Below, piece by piece: positions 36,070 through 45,258 of a stretch of DNA of 64,000 nt. Position 1 is the first letter of the stretch; every line of letters starts with the position of its first letter. The position numbers were made by a program, and so were the translations under genes. This DNA comes from an uncultured Pseudomonadota bacterium. Its GTDB lineage: Bacteria; Myxococcota_A; Polyangia; Fen-1088. Below the pieces are notes generated by a model. It was not told the origin of the DNA. It did no database searches and was given only the letters and a program-made list of their open reading frames with translations. Where the stretch lies: contig CAWKBC010000040.1 in the NCBI GenBank assembly GCA_963847705.1, positions 32,001 to 96,000 of the forward strand. The letters run 5' to 3'.

Positions 36070-36477
36070 ATGAGTGGCCCACTGGTCAGCAAACCGGGAA
36101 CCAGCCCCTCCACTAAGGCCAGTAGCGTCGCCAGCGCATGCCGGCCAGGCGCCCAAGCGCACACCACCGCAAGGAGCCAGCCCCCCCTGGCGGCGCAGAT
36201 CGGCGCGCGTATCAAGGCCCTCCGCGGCGAGAAGAAGTTCACTTTCGACGCGTTCACCGAGGAGCTCGGCATGGGCAGGGGCTATCTGTCCGAACTCGAA
36301 CGCGGGCTGGTCGAGCCGTCGGTCACCGCTCTCGCCCGTGTCGCCGAGGCCCTGGAAGTCACCATGGCGGACTCGGTGTTGGGCGCGTCGACCCGTAAGC
36401 AGCTCTTTGCGGTGACGCGGGACCTCCCGCGAAATGCGTCGACGAACTGCTGTCGCGTGCCCGGCAGCTCGTCGTGA
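36070..36477 (+). CDS. XRE-family HTH regulator (C-terminus possibly frameshifted)
   Basis: IGARIKALR...YLSELERG...LARVAEAL. Confidence 0.75.
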   Translation: MSGPLVSKPGTSPSTKASSVASACRPGAQAHTTARSQPPLAAQIGARIKALRGEKKFTFDAFTEELGMGRGYLSELERGLVEPSVTALARVAEALEVTMADSVLGASTRKQLFAVTRDLPRNASTNCCRVPGSSS

Positions 36478-36494
36478 CGTAGGTCTCTCGGGCC

Positions 36495-37406
36495 TTACCT
36501 CCGTAACGCTAGCGCGAACACCGGCGTCCGGCTGACCACCTCGAAGTCAAAGCTACGGTAGAGAGCCAGCGCCCGATCGTTCTGCGCCTCGACAGTGAGC
36601 TCTACCTCGTTGGCCTCCCGATCGGCGAGCAGGCGCAACCCCTCGCCAACCAAGAGGGCGCCGAGGCCGCGCCCCCGGTAGCGGGGAAGCCGGCCAACCA
36701 CCTCCAGGTCGCCGCGCGGGCCGTGGGGAGCCACCTGGACGAACCCGGCGATTGCCTCGCCGTCGAGCAGGAGCCGCGAGACCCGGTGTCCGGTCGCGAT
36801 CGCCCGCCGGAATTCGTCGAGCGGCGGCAAACCCAGCGATGCCTGTCCGTAGAACGCTTCGGCGATCGCGGCGTGCGCGTCCGCCGCTCGCCCGTCGTCG
36901 AGCTTCGCCCATCGCCACCCATCGGCGAGCGCAACCGGCGCCGGCGGCGCGGGTGCCCCGGCCCCCCGCCGCATGTGAAACGTGTCGTAGGCGTGGCTCC
37001 ACCCCGCGGCCAACAGCGCCCGCTCAGCGGCCTCGACCTCGACCAGCGCCTCGCGGAGCGCGAGGTGCAGCACTCGCCTTACGCCCGCGCGCGCGAACGC
37101 CGCCGCCGGTGCGACCACCTGCGTGAGCAGCGCCTCGGCCCCGAGCCGGGCCCGCGTCCCGAGGATCTCGAGGTTGGCGGCGTCGGCGGCGTTGCTGGTC
37201 CTGTCGACGACCGTCGCCACAGCCGCCGTCCCCGCCCCGTCGGCCAAGACCACCACGCCCGCCAAATCGCTGGTCAGCTCGCCGAGCAGCCGCCCAAGTA
37301 GCCTCCGGTCGAACGGGCTTACATGCGCGACGCAGAACGCCGCAAGCGCGTCCCTGTCGCTGGGCGAAAATATTGCCCGTCGGAGGTCAGCGTCGAATCG
37401 CACCAC
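36495..37406 (-). CDS. GNAT N-acetyltransferase
   Basis: RYRGRGLG, VEAQNDRALALYRSFDF. Confidence 0.85.
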   Translation of the reverse strand: MVRFDADLRRAIFSPSDRDALAAFCVAHVSPFDRRLLGRLLGELTSDLAGVVVLADGAGTAAVATVVDRTSNAADAANLEILGTRARLGAEALLTQVVAPAAAFARAGVRRVLHLALREALVEVEAAERALLAAGWSHAYDTFHMRRGAGAPAPPAPVALADGWRWAKLDDGRAADAHAAIAEAFYGQASLGLPPLDEFRRAIATGHRVSRLLLDGEAIAGFVQVAPHGPRGDLEVVGRLPRYRGRGLGALLVGEGLRLLADREANEVELTVEAQNDRALALYRSFDFEVVSRTPVFALALRR

Positions 37407-37615
37407 GGCTCGCTTTTACCACTCCCGCCCGGACTACCACCCGCCGGCCCTTGGAGGTGCTACGCCTTCGCCCCGACGCGCGACCTCCCACGAAGTCCGT
37501 CGACGAGTTGCTCTCGCGCCCGACAGCTCGCGGCGAAGTAGGCTGCCGGGCTCTACGGGCACCTGCCTCAAGACGATCGTGGCGGTCGACGGCGAATGCG
37601 CCGACAATCGTCGCC

Positions 37616-38770
37616 ATGGCGAATGAGACCGTCGCATGGGCGCCGGGGAGCAGCGATCCCAAGATCGCGTTCGCCGAATTTCAGCTCCACCTGCGCGAGA
37701 TCACGCCACGCCTCCGCGTGGTGCCGGTGCTGGTCACGCTCAACGTCTTGGTGTTCGGGATCATGGTCGCCGCTGGGGCCAACGTCCTCAGTCCGACGAC
37801 CGAGCAAGTGCTTCGCTGGGGGGCCGATTATGGGCCGGTCACGTTGGGGGGACAGCCCTGGCGCGTCCTGACGAACGTCTTCGTCCACTTCGGGGTCGTC
37901 CATCTGTTGGCGAACATGGTTGCGCTTCTGAGCGCGGGGCCCATCGTCGAGCGGTTGTTCGGGCCGCTGGCGTTCGCGGCGATCTACTTCGCGGCGGGGA
38001 TCGCCGGCAGTCTCCTCAGCGTCGGTGCGCACCCGGTGGTGGTTTCGGCCGGCGCCTCGGGGGCGATCTTCGGCGTTTACGGTGCGCTGGGGGTGTTCGC
38101 GCTGCGCCAGCGAGGCACGATCCCGCGCGTCGTCTTCTCTAAGCTGGGTAGCGTGGCAGGCACCTTTATCGCTTACAACATCATGTACGGCGCGGCGCAC
38201 GCCGCGATCGACAATGCCGCGCATCTCGGTGGCCTGCTGGGCGGTGCGGCGGCCGGTGCGTTCCTTATTCGTCCGCTGGTGCCGGCGCGGCCGAGCGCCC
38301 CGCGCCTGCCCGCGCTGGTCGCCGCCGCGGCGTGCATTTTGGCGGCCGGGGTGACATTCGCGCTGCCAAAGCCCGTGGCGTTCGAGACGATCCTCAAGAC
38401 CTACCAGAATGGCGAGGACACCATCCTCGCCCAATACAACGACATGGTTCGCCGGCTGAGCGCCGGAAAGATCGGCATGCGCGAGGTCGCCCACGAGATC
38501 GATCACACGACCGTCCCTGCCTGGCAGACGCTCGGCGCCGCGGTCAAGCGACAACGCCAGGACTGGGAAAGGAGGCGGAAGCCCACGCCGGCGCAGGGCC
38601 GCCTGCTCGATCTCCTGGAACAGTTGGTCGCGACGCGGGAGGACGGTTGGACGCGAATGTCCGCGGCACTCGGCGTCCAAGACGCCGACGCTTTCGAGCA
38701 GACCTCCGCCGACACCGAAGTAGCCGTCCGCGAGATCCTGAAACAAGTGGAGGATCTGAAATCGCAGTAA
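37616..38770 (+). CDS. Rhomboid intramembrane serine protease with C-terminal helical domain
   Basis: PWR, HLLANM, GASGAIFG, AHLGG. Confidence 0.93.
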   Translation: MANETVAWAPGSSDPKIAFAEFQLHLREITPRLRVVPVLVTLNVLVFGIMVAAGANVLSPTTEQVLRWGADYGPVTLGGQPWRVLTNVFVHFGVVHLLANMVALLSAGPIVERLFGPLAFAAIYFAAGIAGSLLSVGAHPVVVSAGASGAIFGVYGALGVFALRQRGTIPRVVFSKLGSVAGTFIAYNIMYGAAHAAIDNAAHLGGLLGGAAAGAFLIRPLVPARPSAPRLPALVAAAACILAAGVTFALPKPVAFETILKTYQNGEDTILAQYNDMVRRLSAGKIGMREVAHEIDHTTVPAWQTLGAAVKRQRQDWERRRKPTPAQGRLLDLLEQLVATREDGWTRMSAALGVQDADAFEQTSADTEVAVREILKQVEDLKSQ

Positions 38771-39016
38771 GGGACGTCGCTCCGGCCCCCGAGCCGCCGA
38801 TCGACGGCGCCGCCCCAGAGGGCTTGCTCGTCGTTCGAGCGGCGCGCCTGGACAACGGACGGACCTGGCCACGCCTCCAGCCGCCGGACAGGGTATAGAC
38901 GTTGACGCGGAGGGGGTGGCCCGGAAACCCGTGGCGTGAAGCCCAATCATGTCACCACGTTGGACTAGGGGTGCGCAACCACCTCTAAGAAGATGATTCT
39001 CATAAGCAGTTGCATA

Positions 39017-39283
39017 CTACTGCTCTGGTCGCCGCCTTTCGCCGCCAGGCACCAAGCCATAGCTAAAGACCGGCTCTCGCCGGTCAAGGTGCTCACCCCC
39101 CTGACGAGCCTCGAGCCGGCGACCGACGACGAAGGTCGACGGCGGCGCCATCGCCAGGAAGCGGGAGAGGCGTCGCGGGTACACCGCCAGCGGGGAACCG
39201 TAGCTCCAGAGCAAATCGGCGAACCACTCGCCGCCGATCTGGAAGAAAGGCACCCGATTGGCCACCACCTTCCTGCCGCTCAC
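39017..39283 (-). CDS. Small hypothetical protein coupled to the nuclease remnant
   Basis: GTGA overlap with upstream stop; MSGRKVVANRVPFFQIGGEWF. Confidence 0.4.
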   Translation of the reverse strand: MSGRKVVANRVPFFQIGGEWFADLLWSYGSPLAVYPRRLSRFLAMAPPSTFVVGRRLEARQGGEHLDRREPVFSYGLVPGGERRRPEQ

Positions 39284-39506
39284 GACTCTCTCCCGCACGG
39301 TCCGGCATACGGGCACGATCGGCACTGGAACCCGCGGACCGGGAAGAAGATGCCCGCGTCGACGGCCCGCAGAACACCGATGACGGTCTGCAGCGCCTCG
39401 ATCTCATCCTCAGGTCATCGAGGTAGACCGCTGGCACCCTGGTCTTCGTGAGCACCTGCCATGGGCACCGGAGGTAGGTCTTCACCTGGCTGACGCTGAC
39501 ATGGAG
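39280..39506 (-). pseudogene. Internally deleted PD-(D/E)XK (Cas4/AddB-like, Fe-S) nuclease remnant
   Basis: HVSVSQVKTYLRCP joined almost directly, with a frame change, to GIFFPVRGFQCRSCPYAGPC. Confidence 0.65.
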
Positions 39507-39545
39507 GCCGTCAGCGTCGTGGACCCCGGGTCAGTCGAGTACCAT

Positions 39546-41144
39546 CTACGCCGACGGGCTTTCGCAACCGCCGTCGGGTCCCGTCGGCAGCTGAAGCGCA
39601 CACTCGATCGTCTCGCTGAGGGATTCGGCCTGCATGTCAGCCGGGCTATTGGTGATGCTGAGCTGCAGGCCCGCGCAGTTCATGTTCCCCGGCGTCAGCG
39701 ACCAGCAGGGGGGGGCGTTGCCATTCTCGGCGCAGTGCTGGAGAGCGACGTCCGTCCTGTTGCCCTGCGAGTCGACGATGTGTTCGATGACCGAGCACAT
39801 CGGATTCCCTTGCGAGTCGTTCTGAATGTTGCCCGTGATGCAAGGAGGCGTGATGAGTGTGGCTAGCTTGGTGGCGATGTTGGTCATCGACGCCGCGTAG
39901 TCGGGATCGCAGATCGACGCCGTCACGCTGTTGGGGAAAGCTTCCAGGAACTGGGCCAAGCGGATGCCCGGATCGCCGAAGCTCCCGTCCGTGGTGAACT
40001 CGCTGGCGTTTGGGCTGACCTTGTCGCCCCCTTGGGCGCCGCAGGAGTGCATTGCATCGGGCCAGAGCTCGCCCGGCGCCAGGTCCTGTCCATCCGTCGG
40101 GGGGTACCATCCGATCTCGACGGGTGTGACGGGAGCAATGATGCCCGAGACCAGAATCTGATTGTCAGGATCGGGCTTGAGGGCCCTGATGTCGCTGACG
40201 AGCTTGCTCACAGGAATGAAGGCGCTCGAGCCGCTGTCGTTATCCTTGCAGTTCACAAGATTGAGGGTGGGAGCGGCCGCTGTCCCTTGTGCGTCCGCAG
40301 GGACGAGGAGGGGCGGCGTCTCGAACGCCGTCGGGTTCCCGCTTGCGGGATCCTGACAAAGGTGTGGGCTGCGAGGACCACCGGTCCGGCGGTAATCAGC
40401 GAGAGGTCCATCCGGGTTCGTGATGTTCTGCGGATAGCCGTTGAGCGAAAAGATCGTGGTTTTCTCGGGCGCCGAGGCGTCGTCCTCGTTCGTGAGCATG
40501 ACGATGTCGAGATACGCCTCCGGCCGAAGAAAGGCGCCGGTCGCCGCCGGCGGCGGCGACTTTCCGTCGGCGCCGAGCGCCCGATCAATCGACGCGAGCT
40601 GATGCCCGAAGCCGCACCCTGAAGTGCCAAGGAGAGCGATGCACTGGAAGACGGTGGCGATCGGGTCGGTGAAGTTCGCCACGCCGTCGGCTTCGGCGAT
40701 GTAGGTGCTGCCCGCCATGAGCGTCGTTTCCGTACACATTCCCTCTGGCGCGTAGTGAAATGCACCGTCGTCACCCAGCTCCGTGCATCCGATGCTGGCG
40801 TCGCTATGAGCGCCCATATCGGAGGAGACCACGGCGACGTGCAGGCTCGGGGGCCCCATCGGCATGTTCTCAAGCACCTGCATAAACGTCGGGAGTTGCG
40901 CGAGCAGCTTCTGCTGCATCGACGCCATCGACGGTGAGTCGTCGATCATGAACAAGAGATCCATCTCGTTGTTGATTTTCTGCGTGAAGTTTGTCTGGAG
41001 GGTCGCCGTCGCACACGCCTTGGGCTGCGGCTGGAGGGGGGCGCTGCACGCCCAGAGGCCCGGCACCCCGGCTGCCAACGCCGCCCAACGAAGCCCGCGC
41101 CAGCTGCGCAGACGATGCGAATCGGCACGCGAGCGAGTGCTCAT
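39546..41144 (-). CDS. Cys-rich lipoprotein with VWA-like domain (myxobacterial type)
   Basis: Lipobox LWAC, DLLFMIDDSPSM, VSSDMG, FLRPEA...TNEDD. Confidence 0.82.
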   Translation of the reverse strand: MSTRSRADSHRLRSWRGLRWAALAAGVPGLWACSAPLQPQPKACATATLQTNFTQKINNEMDLLFMIDDSPSMASMQQKLLAQLPTFMQVLENMPMGPPSLHVAVVSSDMGAHSDASIGCTELGDDGAFHYAPEGMCTETTLMAGSTYIAEADGVANFTDPIATVFQCIALLGTSGCGFGHQLASIDRALGADGKSPPPAATGAFLRPEAYLDIVMLTNEDDASAPEKTTIFSLNGYPQNITNPDGPLADYRRTGGPRSPHLCQDPASGNPTAFETPPLLVPADAQGTAAAPTLNLVNCKDNDSGSSAFIPVSKLVSDIRALKPDPDNQILVSGIIAPVTPVEIGWYPPTDGQDLAPGELWPDAMHSCGAQGGDKVSPNASEFTTDGSFGDPGIRLAQFLEAFPNSVTASICDPDYAASMTNIATKLATLITPPCITGNIQNDSQGNPMCSVIEHIVDSQGNRTDVALQHCAENGNAPPCWSLTPGNMNCAGLQLSITNSPADMQAESLSETIECALQLPTGPDGGCESPSA

Positions 41145-41514
41145 GCCGAACACCCGGAGCAATCTTCGCGCCACGGCAAAGGGCACGGAGCGGGCCGCGT
41201 CGGGAACGGTCGTGACCAACCGAGTTGGCGCCAGCGCCAACGGACACTGTGCCCGCCGCGACAGGACGTCCCAATAACCTGGGGGATCTGGTTCGACGTG
41301 CGAGGCCAGGATGTCCGGAAGTTCGGTAAGAGGGCGGGTGCTTCGGCGTTTCTCGGCCTTGATCGTCTGCGTCCCGGCAGGGCCCGCAGCGCCAGGGGAA
41401 ACACGGGGAGGGTGTTGACGTAGGGCCCCAGTATCAGACCAAAGCCTGCTTGTTCTACCTATCCTCACTGGAGCCTTCCAAGGACTCCCTGGCCGCCGGT
41501 ACAATCCGAGAGCT

Positions 41515-42897
41515 ATGCGATCCTCCACGGCGATTGCGGGCGCGATGTGGCTCGCGGCTGCGGCGGGGTGCGGTCGCAACCTCGGCGGTGCCGCCAGGAC
41601 GGACGGTGCGCCGGGCTGGACCAGCGCGGACGCCTGGACGGAGGCCGCGGGCTCGTTCGACGGCAGTCGAGCGGGCGACGTGCACGGATTTGTGGATCGG
41701 CCGTCGGATGAAGGCGCGACCGGTGCCGATGCAGCGGTCGACAGCGGCGTGGACACGAAAGGAGGGGCCGACGGCGCGGCGAGCGACGCGGAGCCGCCTC
41801 GTTGTGTATCGAGCGGCGGCCTCTGGTTCTCGCCGCCACAAGCGTTGCCCGTTGTCGGGGGGAACCGCGGATTCCGGATGGCCGCCGGCGTCGATCGGCA
41901 GCTCGCGGTGGCGGCGGACTCGGCGGGTGGCCCCGGCGTCTTCTATGTCGACTCGTTGGACGGCGGCCGGACGTTCCGCCCGGCCATGCAGCTCGGCAAC
42001 TTCGGGCCCGACAACGTGCAGATCGCGCTCGGTCCCAATCACGTGTACCTCACGTCCGCGTTGTTCACGCTCTCCGCCTCGACGGTCCTATGGGACGGAC
42101 AGCTCGATTCGCTAATCGATCCATCGAGCTTCGAGGTCATCCAGTTCGGCCCCGAGGGGACGTACATGGGGACGCCGGTGACCGCAGGCGACGGGCGCGT
42201 CGCGCTGCTGCTGCAGAACGGAACGGTGGACACCGCCCCCACTGAGGGCGAATACATCTCCACCGCCTCGAGCGACGCTTCGTTTGGCGATCCGCACCTG
42301 CTCTTCTGGCCAGCCGTGTGCGCCGGGGGCATCTACCACTCGAACGGAAGCTTGTTCATCGCGTATGTGCTCCAGGACGTCAGCGGCAACTCCTTTATGG
42401 AGATGCGCTGGTCGTCCGACAATGGGGCGACGTTCTCCGATCCGGTCTCTGGGGGCGCGTCGGCAGGCCAGATCGGGTGTCCGAAGCTCTACGAACTGCC
42501 GAGCGGCCAGCTGCTGGCAATCACCAGTGTGGGATCCGCGCTCAACTCACCGGCACGGACCATCGCTAGGCCGTTTGACGTGTCGGCGAACCAGTTCGGC
42601 GCCACGGTCATCGTCGAGGAAGGCAAGGTGCTCTGCTTCGATGCCGCCCGCACGGCGAGCGGCCGACAATTCGTCACCAGCACCTTCGGCGATCCGGGCA
42701 TGCCCCCGACGGGCGTCGACCTGCGCTACTCGGATGACGGCGGTCTTACGTGGAGCGGCCCGCTCGCCATCCCGGGGATATCCCCGAGGGACGAGTGCCC
42801 TGTTCTCGCGGCGTCCGCCGACGAACTCTACATCCTTCGGTGGGATGCTGCCCAACTGGTTCTCAGCCGGGCCGGCGCCAGCTCCGTCTGCGAGTGA
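41515..42897 (+). CDS. Lipoprotein with BNR/Asp-box repeats
   Basis: AAGC lipobox; SLDGGRTF, SSDNGATF, SDDGGLTW. Confidence 0.78.
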   Translation: MRSSTAIAGAMWLAAAAGCGRNLGGAARTDGAPGWTSADAWTEAAGSFDGSRAGDVHGFVDRPSDEGATGADAAVDSGVDTKGGADGAASDAEPPRCVSSGGLWFSPPQALPVVGGNRGFRMAAGVDRQLAVAADSAGGPGVFYVDSLDGGRTFRPAMQLGNFGPDNVQIALGPNHVYLTSALFTLSASTVLWDGQLDSLIDPSSFEVIQFGPEGTYMGTPVTAGDGRVALLLQNGTVDTAPTEGEYISTASSDASFGDPHLLFWPAVCAGGIYHSNGSLFIAYVLQDVSGNSFMEMRWSSDNGATFSDPVSGGASAGQIGCPKLYELPSGQLLAITSVGSALNSPARTIARPFDVSANQFGATVIVEEGKVLCFDAARTASGRQFVTSTFGDPGMPPTGVDLRYSDDGGLTWSGPLAIPGISPRDECPVLAASADELYILRWDAAQLVLSRAGASSVCE

Positions 42898-43015
42898 ATG
42901 GGCGGGCCGCGCTGCGAGCCCGCCAAGCGGTGGCGAGGAAAGGACAGGTGCAGGGATTTCTGCTCCCCGGGCATGCAGCTCGCAGACGATCCCACCGATC
43001 CCAGAAGACGCCGCC

Positions 43016-43038
43016 ATCCCCCACTTGATCCCCCACTC
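43016..43038. repeat. Tandem (G)ATCCCCCACT, candidate arm sites (right end of island 2)
   Basis: Same motif and orientation as 33619-33642. Confidence 0.65.
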
Positions 43039-43130
43039 GGTCGTGGCGGAGCGTGGCGCTCCGTGACCCCGTGTGACGTTAAGTGCCCGCCACGACACGA
43101 GTTGGGTTGATGCCCTACCGGGCCTTTTCC

Positions 43131-43184
43131 GATTCAGGTTCTGGTGATCGTAAGATTGTGGGAGTTCGACTCTCCCCGCCCGCA
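43131..43184 (+). repeat. att site: tRNA-Leu 3' half (distal end of island 2)
   Basis: One mismatch to 33506-33558, three to the tRNA. Confidence 0.93.
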
Positions 43185-44100
43185 CAATTCTAACGGACAC
43201 CCTCCTCGGGAACCGGTTCCTTCCGAGAATAGACGTGCGGGGCCTTCCCGCTTCGCCGCGAGTCTGATCCGTGCTGAACGATGCGCGACTCGCGACAGCC
43301 GTGACGACGGCTGCCGCTCGAACGCATCGACCACGCTCGTCGCGGGATGGGTGGTTGTTATGGCTTGCCGTCGTCGGGGCGACAGCGCTCTCCCTGCGGA
43401 TAGTCCGGATGGTAGTGGTGCGGTTTCGGACGCGACACGCAACGCAGACATTGCGCCCGCTCGCCTTCCCTCTCAGTTCCCGGTAAGCGCTCGCACTGCG
43501 CGGGAGTACGGGACTCGTGGCCGTTGGAGTGGGCGAACGAGCGCGACCGGCCGGCCAACGCGCCGGAGAACATGGCCACGACGAGTGCCCATTTCAGAAC
43601 AGGACTCTTGCTTCCGTTCATAGCGAACCTCCCTGCGGCGATGGAGCGCCACGATCAAGGGGCGCTTCCAGGTCGGGAAACATTTGACTTGATGACTTCC
43701 GGCATCGACGGCAGCGGGCTCCACTTGAGCGGCGGCCCTTGGACCGTGACCGCGATCGCCATCGGGACACACGACAGCTCGGTGAGAACGCGAGGGCTCA
43801 GCCGGACCCGCACAGTCGGTGAAGGCGGCCGTGCAGATACGGAGGCGCGCATCCCGAAGGCCAAGATCGTCCCTCGGCCCGCCTCGCACATCACTCGACC
43901 TTTAGCGCGGCCGATCGGCGCGCGCGGACAGCGCCCGAGGCTGCGCTGTGCGGCGCTCATCACGCCGCGCTAATCTCCGCAGATCTCGAAAGTTCGAGCG
44001 GATGGCGCGGCGCATTGTCTGCGGTTTGATGACCGCCGGCCTTCTCGGGGCACCAATCAAGAGCAGAAGTAGGTACGCCCCCTTGCTGGTTAGGAGTCCT

Positions 44101-44889
44101 GTGCGCCGCATCGTCTGGTTCGCAAGCTCACTCGTGATCCTCTCCTGCTCGCTCGACACTAGGAACCTCAATGGAGGCGGAGGGACCGGCGGCGCCGTCG
44201 GCACCGGCGGAACCATCTCGACAGGTGGCCAGCGCGGCGATGGCGGCAGTGCCACCGGCGGCCAGGTCGGCGGCGGCGGCAGCGCGACGGGCGGCCAGAT
44301 CAGCGCTGGGGGTGAAACCGGCGGTCAGACAGCGACAGGCGGCAGCGCCACCGGCGGGCAGATCGGCACCGGCGGCCAGATCGGCGCCGGAGGTGAAACC
44401 GGCGGCCAGACAGGGACAGGCGGCAGCACCACCGGCGGGCAGATCGGCACCGGCGGAAGTGCCACCGGCGGCCAGATCGGGACGGGCGGCGACACGGGTA
44501 CGGGGGGCAGCTCCACTGGCGGTCAGACCGGAATCGGCGGCAACAAAGGAACCGGCGGCGAGAGCTGCCAGCAGCTCGGTATGGATTACGTCAACGCACT
44601 TCCGGCGGCGAAGGACTGCACCTACGGCGTGACGGGCCAATGCCAGCAGTTGGTCGGGAGCTCGCTGACCTGCGGCTGCGAAGTGTATGTCAATGACACC
44701 ACCACGCTCAACGCGATCAAGGCGCAGTACATGAGCCAGGGATGCGGGGGCCCTATCTGCAACATCGCCTGCGTGGCCGCACCGGCGAGTTGCACGCTCC
44801 CCGCCGCGACGCCACGGAGCCCGGGACCCGGAGGCGCTGGCGCCGGGGGCGGGACGGCGGCCGTGCTCGGAACCTGCACCTCCAACTGA
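44101..44889 (+). CDS. Lipoprotein with Thr-Gly-Gly low-complexity linker and Cys-rich C-terminus
   Basis: AGGAG RBS, GTG start, ILSC lipobox, TGGQ repeats. Confidence 0.78.
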   Translation: MRRIVWFASSLVILSCSLDTRNLNGGGGTGGAVGTGGTISTGGQRGDGGSATGGQVGGGGSATGGQISAGGETGGQTATGGSATGGQIGTGGQIGAGGETGGQTGTGGSTTGGQIGTGGSATGGQIGTGGDTGTGGSSTGGQTGIGGNKGTGGESCQQLGMDYVNALPAAKDCTYGVTGQCQQLVGSSLTCGCEVYVNDTTTLNAIKAQYMSQGCGGPICNIACVAAPASCTLPAATPRSPGPGGAGAGGGTAAVLGTCTSN

Positions 44890-44984
44890 CGTCCCCGCCC
44901 GGCTGGCGGGCCGAAAGCTGGCTCTCCGGAGGCGACGACAGAAAGATCGCGGGCTCGTTCGATCGAGCGGCTTTCTGCCCGCCG

Positions 44985-45239
44985 CTAGGGTGGGCCGTAG
45001 AGATCGGCGGACCAGAGGCTGTCGTAGGGGACCTTGGCGGAGTGAAAGGCCTCGCGCACGGTCTCGGCGTCGGCCGCCACGAACTCGCAGAAACCGCGCT
45101 TGCGGTCCTTTGAAAGGTAGGTGCGCAGGCGTCGGACCCCTCGCATCTCGAGGCAGGGGTTGAGCGCCGCGCTCGACGAGTTGAGCGCCTCGTCCGTCAG
45201 CGGCGGGTTGTAGACGTAGTTGACGATGATGTACGACAT
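44985..45239 (-). CDS. DUF4242-like small protein
   Basis: TYLSKDRKRGFCEFVAADAETVREA; AGGAG RBS. Confidence 0.75.
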   Translation of the reverse strand: MSYIIVNYVYNPPLTDEALNSSSAALNPCLEMRGVRRLRTYLSKDRKRGFCEFVAADAETVREAFHSAKVPYDSLWSADLYGPP

Positions 45240-45258
45240 GGCATCTCCTTTTCGTGGG

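Larger units (their letters stand above)
33506..43184. mobile_element. Island 2: second, probably older and decayed, integrase island in the same tRNA
   Basis: Flanked by tRNA 3' repeats; integrase + xis-like gene at left end; GATCCCCCAC repeats at both ends. Confidence 0.85.

Noticed and set aside
39280-39506. CRISPR-Cas link from the Cas4-like fragment
   Set aside because: No array or other cas gene seen anywhere in the window
43190-44100. Overlapping short ORFs after the distal att site
   Set aside because: Conflicting frames; none could be supported over the others
44170-44560. Dense ACCGGCGG repeats
   Set aside because: Coding Thr-Gly-Gly linker, not an array
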